Source: a virus
Direction: 5' to 3' (one strand)
Length of the DNA stretch: 64,000 nucleotides
Virus record (IMG/VR): IMGVR_UViG_3300047157_000068
Coordinates: 1 to 64,000 of that record
The translations under genes were made by a program, and so were the position numbers. Under the pieces are notes generated by a model. It did not search any database. It was not told the DNA's origin and worked only from the letters and a program-made list of their open reading frames with translations. Of this stretch, positions 10,135-19,700 are shown piece by piece (positions within the stretch are counted from its first letter, which is position 1; every line of letters begins with the position of its first letter).

Positions 10135-12723
10135 TTATAATTTTTCTATATCAGCTCCGGCTGCAATTAACTTTGCTAACATTCTTGAATCTACTTCTAG
10201 AGTTTCTCCACCTTGTTTCAAACCTTTAGTTTTCATTGCTAGTTTTATACCTTGTTGAGTAGCCCAACTAGCATCATCATAAAAATCTTGATCATAAACA
10301 TAGTCTCTTACTTGTTGTTTATCTATCCCTGCTTCTTGCATTAATGCTTTAAGATCTTTCTTTTTAACACCTGTAAAGAAATCTAAACCTTCTCCTACAC
10401 TAGAAATATTTTTAGCTTGATCATAAATATCCATAAGATTTGTTGCAGTGTTTGGTTGAATTCCCAAAAGTTGCTGTCCCATTTTTGATTCCATAAAATC
10501 TTTCGGTAAACCTGATAGTATTGCAGCTGTATCAACAACTGCGGTACCACCACCTATTTGCATATTCTTAAGTATATTGTGTTGTACATAATCAGGAAGT
10601 GCTTTAAACCCTTCATTATTAACTCCACCACCTTCTTTAGCAACATTCATATATAGGCCTGTAGTTCTATCTCCTTCACTACCAAATCCACCTGGATTCA
10701 CTAGCTCTCCCTTACCACGTTTGAAATTCATATCATACATAACACCAAAAGTATTATCAGCTATAGTATCTACAGTTTTTAAATCTTTTTCTGCTTGTTT
10801 ATTACTTTTTGCTTCTTTAATATCATTGGAAATTCTAAAACCTTGATAAACTGCATTTGATCCTTTACTATAAAGTTGACCCATTGCAGTATTAGGAAAA
10901 TCTTCCATAGCAAACAAAGGATCTCTTTTTCTTTTAACTGTAGGTTTATTTATCCTACTTCTTAATTCATCTGCAGATGGGCTTCCTGCTGTACCTGGTG
11001 TTCCTTCCCCTGTACCATCACCTCCATCTATATCTATGTAATCAGGTATACCGTCACCATCTTCATCAAGAAAATTACTATTTGATTGTTCTGACTCTTC
11101 TGTTCTATTACCATATGTCCCATCATCAATAGCTGCTCTCTTTACTAACTCAGTATCTTGCATATAATTTGTTTGACCAGCATTTTTCATAAAATCTGCT
11201 AAATCATCTGTATAAGGATTAAATCCTCCTCCAGTCAAATCAAATTCAGATTCTTGTTTACCATACATAAAATCTGGAATATTGAACTGTGCTTTTGGTA
11301 AATTAGAACCACCATATCTTTTAGATTCACCATTAGGAAAAAACTTACCTTTTAAATTTTCATATAACTGCTTACCTTTCTCAGACAAATTATCTATATT
11401 CATATTAAGAAACTTCTTAATTTCAGGATCATTAACATCAATGTTTTCTGTAGAAATTTCATTTGCTATTTTTTCTGACTCTTGAACAAGATTTCCTAAT
11501 ATATCTTTTTCAGGGTTTTCATATTTCCATTGTGTAACATAATCATCAAAGGCTTTTTGATTTTCTTCAGTTACATCAAATTTAATCTTATACTCTGAAT
11601 TTTTTAACTTAGTTAATTTATCATCAACCCTGTTTTGCTTAAAGTTACTAATAGCACCATCTTCACCAAAGAAATCACTAGCTACACTTGCAGTAGTATT
11701 TATTATATCATTTATATTAATGCTTTGATCTCCAAAAGCTGCAGGATTTAAATACATTGGGTTAGGCGCTAAATAACCATTATCTTTATTTTGTATAACT
11801 TTATTTTTATTAGATTTAGAAGCTATATTTATAAAATCAGATAACTGATTTACTGTTGGATCATTGGCAAACTTTTGTTCTAATTTAGATTGTGCTTGGG
11901 GATCAGGGTTAAAACCAATTGGGACATAACCACCCACATTCATTTCTTTTATATAAGAACCAGGCGTTCTATTAGATACAGGTGTATCATAAATACCTTC
12001 TCCACCATCTTGTGCTTTAGGTGCATCATGAGTATATCCTGCTTTCTTTAGTCTAAGATGTGCTTCATGATCTCTTGCTCTGATCTTTCTATCACCTTTA
12101 TACATAAAGTGTGGCTCAAATTCACCACCTTCTTCCTTCTTCCATCCAGCAGCATTCTTAGCAAAATTAGCCATCTTAACTACACTTGGTGGATAAGCTT
12201 TAGTATTTGACATAACTTTGTTATAAGCTTGCTTAACAGTCATACCACGTGATTTAGCCCATGCTGTAAACTTACCTTCATTTTTAGGATCTATTTCAAT
12301 ACCTGACTTGGCCATATTGATTGGATCAATATTCATATCCATAGCTGGTGCATCTTCTTGCATTGATTCTGCCCTTGCTAATTGTTGTGGGTTGTTTGTT
12401 ATTTCTTGAGGGCTAGGTTCTTGTTGTCTTTGAGACTGCTCTATTTGTTTAAATAATTCTAACACCATATCTTGTTCATAACCCATAGTCATAAGTGCTT
12501 GACCTATAAGGTTTTGATCAACATCTTGTGCCATCAAGTTCATTACTATCTCTTGTGGTTGCTGTCCTTGATTCATTGACTGAGAAAAAACCTCAGTTAT
12601 CTGCATAACTTGAGGATCAACTTGAGGTTGCTGTTGCATTCCCATAGGTTGTTGTTGCATACCTGGTTGTTGAGGTATCATTGCTCCTCCTTGCTGTTTT
12701 ACACTTTTTTTGTTTAAATCCAC
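10135..12723 (-). CDS. Internal virion cargo protein (862 aa), modular with repeated xxGG motifs
   Basis: GTG start; Q-rich N-terminus, GKFTAWAK...ANFAKNAAGWK module, DEDGDGIPD motif, at least eight xxGG-type motifs. Confidence 0.65.
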   Translation of the reverse strand: MDLNKKSVKQQGGAMIPQQPGMQQQPMGMQQQPQVDPQVMQITEVFSQSMNQGQQPQEIVMNLMAQDVDQNLIGQALMTMGYEQDMVLELFKQIEQSQRQQEPSPQEITNNPQQLARAESMQEDAPAMDMNIDPINMAKSGIEIDPKNEGKFTAWAKSRGMTVKQAYNKVMSNTKAYPPSVVKMANFAKNAAGWKKEEGGEFEPHFMYKGDRKIRARDHEAHLRLKKAGYTHDAPKAQDGGEGIYDTPVSNRTPGSYIKEMNVGGYVPIGFNPDPQAQSKLEQKFANDPTVNQLSDFINIASKSNKNKVIQNKDNGYLAPNPMYLNPAAFGDQSININDIINTTASVASDFFGEDGAISNFKQNRVDDKLTKLKNSEYKIKFDVTEENQKAFDDYVTQWKYENPEKDILGNLVQESEKIANEISTENIDVNDPEIKKFLNMNIDNLSEKGKQLYENLKGKFFPNGESKRYGGSNLPKAQFNIPDFMYGKQESEFDLTGGGFNPYTDDLADFMKNAGQTNYMQDTELVKRAAIDDGTYGNRTEESEQSNSNFLDEDGDGIPDYIDIDGGDGTGEGTPGTAGSPSADELRSRINKPTVKRKRDPLFAMEDFPNTAMGQLYSKGSNAVYQGFRISNDIKEAKSNKQAEKDLKTVDTIADNTFGVMYDMNFKRGKGELVNPGGFGSEGDRTTGLYMNVAKEGGGVNNEGFKALPDYVQHNILKNMQIGGGTAVVDTAAILSGLPKDFMESKMGQQLLGIQPNTATNLMDIYDQAKNISSVGEGLDFFTGVKKKDLKALMQEAGIDKQQVRDYVYDQDFYDDASWATQQGIKLAMKTKGLKQGGETLEVDSRMLAKLIAAGADIEKL

Positions 12724-12743
12724 GTTGATAATATTATATTATT

Positions 12744-12753
12744 AATATACAAA
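12744..12753 (-). promoter_or_regulatory. Phage promoter motif TTTGTATATT
   Basis: Exact motif 21 nt upstream of the 12723 start. Confidence 0.55.
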
Positions 12754-12783
12754 TAATTAAGGAGATTCACTAATCTTTAGGGT

Positions 12784-15700
12784 TTAAGAATCTTTAATAA
12801 GTTCTGTCATTATGAAATTTGGAACACTCATACCTCTTTGTTTAGCTTCTTGATAATGTTTTGCATTAAGTTTATTATATAATTCTGTTGCACTTTTTTC
12901 TCTATATGTTCCATCATATTTACCAGATATAAAGTTATTGTATACACCGTACTCTCCTCCTTGTGCCATAGATGACATTTCAAAAGGTGATGGATCTTGG
13001 TCTACAGAAGCAAATCTTTCAGGAAATAAATCTGATCTATATTTATTTACTTTTTTAATATAAGAGTCAGCAGGTTTTTCTAATCCAACTGCTTGAGCAA
13101 TCTCAAACACTTGCTGACCTACTCCAGGAATATGCTTATAGTTAGTTGAACTTATATCTGCTAATGTAGCATCGTACAATTCTCTTAAAGCTTGCACCTC
13201 TTCTTGTGAAGTTCTATTATCATCTACACGTCCTGTTTTTAATAATCTATTAGATCCTTGATTATATGCTAAAATTGCCATGTTTCTTATATCAGTTTCT
13301 GTCAAACCTAATGAAGGATATTCTTTTGCATAGTCTTTAAAAAGCTCATAGTTTTTAGTTATCATATATGTTATTGCATCTAAACCTTTATTGTCATCTT
13401 TAAAGTCTTCTACACTATTAATATCAAAATATTCTTTTGCAAAACTATCTAATGATGCAAGTTTAGTTTTACCAATACCTAATGAAATATCTTTATCCTT
13501 TTTTCCTTTAAGATCATATACTACTCCTTTAACAAAAGAAACATCATCTCTTGATCTTGGTACATTACTACCAACTCCTGTTTCAACACCTGTTATACCA
13601 ATAACAGTTGACTCAAGCCAATCAGGATTCACAGAAGAATTTAATATCTTGGGTATTTTTAAAGAATTATATTTTGCTCTTTTAAATATATTCTGAAGTT
13701 GTTCAAGTCTTTCCCCTTCATAAACAACTTTATCTTCTTGAGAGCCTGAATATCTAAATGCTAAATTTTGTATTGCATTATCATTTACTTGAATATCCTC
13801 TATTCCATCAACATTATACTTTGATTTAATATCAAGATTTTCATTAGGTCTCCTGATCCATGCTGTAGTTAATTCATTATATGGTTGTTGTCTAACAGAA
13901 CCATTTACATTATGCGTAATAATTGGAACACCATCAATTATATTTGATACAAATCCACTATGAGTGTTATGTGTTTTTGACTTTAATGTTTCTTCATGAT
14001 GACTTGATCCATCCCAATATAAACCAACTATATCACCTATTTTATAATCTGATGCTTTTGTTTGTTTTTTCTTTTTTATTTGTTTAGTAATTCTTTTTAA
14101 ATCTTCTACTGAATTAACATTTTTAAATGCGGCATCATCATATATATTAAAAATAGTATTACTGTTTTTAGTTCTGTCCATATTTTCATATATGTCCCAG
14201 GCATCTTTATATTTAACACCCAACGCATCTGTCATTACTTCATTTCCCTCAAGTATAGTACACATACCAGCCGCACATCTTGTTTCTTCTAAACTGCTTG
14301 GTATAAAATCAAACACAAGAGCTTGAGGATCTTCTTCAGTATTAGCAGTGTTATATGCATCTAATGCTTCTTTAGTTTGGTCACCAAACTTTCCATCAAT
14401 ACTACTTGTGTTTTTATTAGGTAAGGTAGGAGAAAGATAACCTTCATCAACAAGTTTTTGTTGAATACCCATTACTTCTTGTTTAGTATCTGAAGAATAT
14501 TTTTTATGATATCTGGATATTGATGTAGGATTTAAATTTAAATCATCTACCATAGCCTGATGAGCAGCATATGTATTGCGTCCATATATACCATCTACTC
14601 CAGTATAACCAATGTTATATCCTTTACTTAGCAAAACTTCTTGTAAATCTTTAATTTCTGTTTCACTAGCATTACTCATATCTTTCCAACCCCTTGAGTA
14701 TTCATTAGATTTTCTAATAAAATCAGCAATTAAATTAGGACTATCATATGGTGTCATTAATTTTTCTTCTTCAGATATATCTTGCATTAACTTTTCATAA
14801 TCACCCTTAGCCATACTCTCTGGATTAAGTATACGCTGTTTGTTAAAATTAGGAATGTTTACGGCTGTATTATCTTGTGCAATTACCCTGTCTCTTCCAT
14901 AATCATCATTAAGTTGAGTTGGGTCAGGGAAATTTAAAAAGTCTTGTAATGGTGTACTTGGTTCAAAATTTAAATCAGGTAATATATCAAGTCTGGGTCT
15001 AACAACTCTGGTATTATCTTGTGGTATAGTATATCTTTCTTCACCATTACCATATTGTTTTTTATAATATGGTCTTGTTATATCTAAATATTCAGTTGGT
15101 GTCTTATTAGCTTGTTTAATAGTTTTTCCATATAGGTTAGGATAAACATCAGCTAAAGTTTTACCATCTCTAATAACATTACCAAAATACTCTCTTGTGC
15201 CTTGTCTACCTAAAAAATTTGATAAAGCTATAATATCCTCATAAGAAAAATTAAAGCCTTCTATTTGTGGCTTATACTCGTTCATCAAATCAAATGCATC
15301 TTTTAATAAAGGAGTTGTATTATTTGATTTTAAACCTTCATTAAGTCTTATACCAAATATTCTATTTTGTGCATCTATATCAGCTATAAACTCATCTCTT
15401 GTTCCATCATATAATTTTCCTTTTTGTAATTCAGAAAAACGTTGTCCATATAATCCAGAAGCCGTTGAATCAGGATTTTTCATAAGTTTACCATTTAAAC
15501 TTTCTGCCTGAGCAATTGCTCTTTTTAATTTTTCTTGATCAATATACTTAATTGTATCTTGCCATGTTTCAGGTTGTGCGGGTTGTCCACCATCTTGATA
15601 AACTCTACCACCAAGCTTTTTATAGAAAGCATCTAGGTTTTTCATAATTGATTCAGAATTACCTATCATAGTATTAAATCCTGGACCACTGGTACCTTCT

Positions 15701-16743
15701 CTCATAATTTTAACTAAAGCTGGTGGTAAAACGTATTCACCCCGCATAGGTGCGTTACCCACACCCCCGCTCATACTTCTAGCAATTGATGTACCTTGTG
15801 AACTAACATCAAAAAGTTTTGCATCTGCAGGATCTAAATATGCTGACATAACTCTTTTAGGATCTGCAGGATTTAATAAACCACCCTTCAAAGTATTCTT
15901 TGCATTGTTTAAATAAAAAGGTTGAATATCATCACTAAACCAATTACCATCTTCATAGTTTGTAAATGTTTTATTGTTTACATTTGCATCTTCAATTCTA
16001 TTTAATCTTACAGCATCTGTTTTCTTCATAAGTTTTTTAGAACCATCTGAAGTAAATACTTCTACCATGTCATCAGTTTTATTTAATAATGGTTTTACTA
16101 CTTCTTTTGCTTTATTAACTACCGGTTTTACTAGTTGCTTAATTGGTTCTTTTAAATTTTTACCCTTAGCCAACCATGCAGGTACAACAGGTATAGCACC
16201 CAAAGCATCAAAAGTTGCATCTACATATTCTCCTTCTTCAATATTTTGATTGGCATTTTCTGCATATTGTTTCCATGCAAAAGGATTAACCATATCTATT
16301 ATTGAATCAAAAGCATTTCTTTTAGAATTATTTACATTTAATCTATCAGGAATATCTTGACCACGTGCACTAAAGCCAAATGCTGTCATAGGATTAGCCA
16401 TTATATCAGCAGCTTTTTCATACCATGATTGTTCTTCATATTGAGATATGGTTGGTTGTTCTTTACCACTTTGAGCCATAGGTATTTCAACAACATAATC
16501 TGCATCACCATAGTTATAATTTTCTTTTCCGGGTATCATATCTTGAACAATGCCATTATTACCATATCCTCTAACTGGAAAATCTACACCCTCCATAGTA
16601 ATATCTGATGATGGTATAATGTTAAAAGGGTTATTTACATCAGGGCTATTTCTTTTATATCCTTCTGTACTAAACATTTCTGATACATGTGTTATGTATT
16701 CATTTGGTCCGCCTGGTAATCCTATGCTTTTTTTATTTGCCAT
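12784..16743 (-). CDS. Virion-associated multi-domain peptidoglycan hydrolase / cargo protein (1319 aa)
   Basis: Lysozyme/SLT-like motifs (AIAQAES...STASGLYG; GITGVET...ILAYNQG), two PG-binding repeats (LQEVL...VDGIYGRNT; IQQKL...IDGKFGDQT), CHAP/NlpC-like C...GDIV...H.GFV motif. Confidence 0.75.
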   Translation of the reverse strand: MANKKSIGLPGGPNEYITHVSEMFSTEGYKRNSPDVNNPFNIIPSSDITMEGVDFPVRGYGNNGIVQDMIPGKENYNYGDADYVVEIPMAQSGKEQPTISQYEEQSWYEKAADIMANPMTAFGFSARGQDIPDRLNVNNSKRNAFDSIIDMVNPFAWKQYAENANQNIEEGEYVDATFDALGAIPVVPAWLAKGKNLKEPIKQLVKPVVNKAKEVVKPLLNKTDDMVEVFTSDGSKKLMKKTDAVRLNRIEDANVNNKTFTNYEDGNWFSDDIQPFYLNNAKNTLKGGLLNPADPKRVMSAYLDPADAKLFDVSSQGTSIARSMSGGVGNAPMRGEYVLPPALVKIMREGTSGPGFNTMIGNSESIMKNLDAFYKKLGGRVYQDGGQPAQPETWQDTIKYIDQEKLKRAIAQAESLNGKLMKNPDSTASGLYGQRFSELQKGKLYDGTRDEFIADIDAQNRIFGIRLNEGLKSNNTTPLLKDAFDLMNEYKPQIEGFNFSYEDIIALSNFLGRQGTREYFGNVIRDGKTLADVYPNLYGKTIKQANKTPTEYLDITRPYYKKQYGNGEERYTIPQDNTRVVRPRLDILPDLNFEPSTPLQDFLNFPDPTQLNDDYGRDRVIAQDNTAVNIPNFNKQRILNPESMAKGDYEKLMQDISEEEKLMTPYDSPNLIADFIRKSNEYSRGWKDMSNASETEIKDLQEVLLSKGYNIGYTGVDGIYGRNTYAAHQAMVDDLNLNPTSISRYHKKYSSDTKQEVMGIQQKLVDEGYLSPTLPNKNTSSIDGKFGDQTKEALDAYNTANTEEDPQALVFDFIPSSLEETRCAAGMCTILEGNEVMTDALGVKYKDAWDIYENMDRTKNSNTIFNIYDDAAFKNVNSVEDLKRITKQIKKKKQTKASDYKIGDIVGLYWDGSSHHEETLKSKTHNTHSGFVSNIIDGVPIITHNVNGSVRQQPYNELTTAWIRRPNENLDIKSKYNVDGIEDIQVNDNAIQNLAFRYSGSQEDKVVYEGERLEQLQNIFKRAKYNSLKIPKILNSSVNPDWLESTVIGITGVETGVGSNVPRSRDDVSFVKGVVYDLKGKKDKDISLGIGKTKLASLDSFAKEYFDINSVEDFKDDNKGLDAITYMITKNYELFKDYAKEYPSLGLTETDIRNMAILAYNQGSNRLLKTGRVDDNRTSQEEVQALRELYDATLADISSTNYKHIPGVGQQVFEIAQAVGLEKPADSYIKKVNKYRSDLFPERFASVDQDPSPFEMSSMAQGGEYGVYNNFISGKYDGTYREKSATELYNKLNAKHYQEAKQRGMSVPNFIMTELIKDS

Positions 16744-19700
16744 TATCTTTGTGATAGTAAAAGTTTAGTATTATTTAACCTCAATAGCATTTTTCTGTTT
16801 CCTGATACATTTCTACGTAAAATTAAGTTATTAGAATAATGTCTAAACTTCTTGCGTTCAGTTGGAGATTTTTGATAATTAAGGTTAATTGTATTTAATG
16901 GTCTTATATATCCATTTGATTCTGTGTTAAATATAGACTGCTCAACATTAGTAAACTCACCTCTGTCTCTTGTAATATCCCAAAATTGATTAAATCTAAA
17001 CTTGTGTTCAACTTTAGATACTAATATATCTATACTATTTAAATTTACTATTGGATAATTTAAATTAGCCCACGGACTATTAACTGGTTGTGGGTTTAAT
17101 TCAAGTAAGCCTGATGTTTGATCATTGTTATAAATAATAGATGCATCAAAATTAAAATCTAAATCTTCCCATTTATCACCCCCACACATATTATATTGAG
17201 GATCTCCTTTATAAACATATGTTTCAAGTTGGTATTCAAAACTTCTAATTGTATTTACAGCTTGTCCTGTATTAGATATTAAATCTATTTCCCAAGGATA
17301 ATCCACATTATAAAAATTAGCAAATGAATCACAACGTACATTGTGTCTCCAAATACCTCCATACACATAATTAGCTTGTGTACTTATATAATAAAAATAG
17401 TTACATCTAGCAGGATCAGGTTGTATAAAGTTAGGATCACCAATTTGATAAATTAATGGTGCACTATCTGGACATGTTCCTAGTTCTGTTACAACAGTAC
17501 CTGGCACTGTAATAGGTGGACATTCACATTCTACCTTTCTACATATAGGTGCTAAGTTTGGATCATCACTACATGTACCAGTAGATGAACTATATGTTGA
17601 TGTACTTGGGTCAGGATAAACTAGTGTATAACCTGTAGGACATTCACATACAAAAGGTATAGAACAAACATCACCAGCTATTGCAGTTGCTGAATCTAAT
17701 AATGATTGATTATTATTAGCAGCCATTGTATATTGATTTGGACCTGGTGTTGAATTAGGAACATCATATGTTGTATTACTTATACTGTCTAATAAAGCAG
17801 TTACACCAGGAACTGGATTAGTAGCCCCACAATAAACAGCAAATATTTCTTGTTTATGCTCATCTTGTAAATCTATGTCTGCTGATTGATTTGCTCCTGC
17901 TGCCCAATTACCTGTATTAGCATTAGGTCTACCCGTAGCAATTATAGCAGAATCCTGATACTGAGGTACACCATTTGCTGTACTATTAGCATTAGCACCC
18001 TGTGTTCCATCTGTGACAACAATCAATACTTGTCTAAAACTAGGATCTTGTGTTCTACCAGGATATTGTGCACTAAAACTTGATGCAGACTTATTATTTA
18101 ACATTGCTAATCCCCCATTACCTGTTAAAGGATTATTGATTCCACCAGTACCAAAAATAGCATTATTAGCACTAGTTCCACCACCAGCTGGCCAATTTGC
18201 AGTATATAGATTACATAATGATACACCTGTTGCATTAGAGTTCATACTCAAACCACCCTGAAGTAATTGAGTGCTAGCACCTGCCCACATTGTAGTACCT
18301 ATTTGCATTGTTCCTGCAGCTAAAGCATCAGTTACTTCTGTGCTATTCATAAATACATCTAACCAACGTAATTGTGCTGTACCATTATCTGTATTACCCA
18401 TAACTCCTGTACCAGGAACTAAATTTCCAGCAGCATCAAATACCATAGGAGTATAATTAGGAGGTCCACTAGGTGTAGTACTTCCAGATACATCCATTGC
18501 AATAACAATATCTAATAAACAATTAGTTGCTCCACCTGTAATATCAGCTGCTATATTAGTAACAGTTACTTCAGAATCTTCTACCTCATTTATACTTATT
18601 TCACATAAACCATTTACTGGGTTAAATGTATATCCTGGAGGACAAGATGGATTGTTTAAATCTTCAAAAGCATTAGTAGTAAAAAAATGATTTATGCTTG
18701 GTAACGCTAATCCCGGATGCCAATCATGAAATGATATCCATGCTTTAGCTTTTGGATCATAACTAACAGTCCATGAGCAGTCATCAAAATATAGTGGATC
18801 TCCTATATCTACAGGAATACTATTAGCTCCTAAAGTAATAGTAATTGGTTTAGCTATGCTATCAGTAAATTCAGCTGTTGCTATATATTGTGATTTAAGT
18901 TGATAATCCTTTTTCATAAAGTATACTATATCATCTACTGAATCATAAATGACATGACACCCAACTCCTGCAACAGGGTTATCTGACCAAACAGAATTCT
19001 CTGATTCTGGAAACTGTTTTACAAATTTAGAAGGTAAGTATTTTGCAAACCACCATTTCATTCCATTATTAGAAATAGGATCTAAACCTTTACCTCCATA
19101 CTGAAATATTTTACCTTGAGCTTGAGATATAAAAAATAAACCTAAAGGTGTATTTATAACTCCTCTTAAACTTTCTGATGAACCATATTCATTTGATAAA
19201 TCTGCATTAGCAACATTTTGAAATGGTTGGCTAAACAATCCTCCGTCACCTATAGTAAGTTTAGTATCTAACTGTGTTCTTAAAGTATCAAGACCTTGGA
19301 ACATTTGAGGTGATAAGTGAGGAAAGAATATTAATGCTCCACTTTTATTTATTGGTTTTATTACACTAACATCATTTTTAAAGTCTTTATAATTGTTTTG
19401 CAAAAAGACTCTCCAAAAATCTTTCTTAGATTCTTCCTGTGCTTGTAATGAGTAGATTAATCTTTTTGGATAATTTACAAAACATTCCTCTGCAGTTATT
19501 GGATCATAGTCTAAAGGTTGAACAAGACCAAAAGATGTCATTTGTGTAGGAAACTTACTAGGGCTTAATGACTCATCATATTTATAAAAGTTATCTGCCT
19601 TTTCAATCCTTGCATGAAATAATGCATCTACATCATTATAATCATAAGGCTCATATATTCTTTTTTGTGGTTCATCTTCCCAATCTCTGTGTGCTAAATT

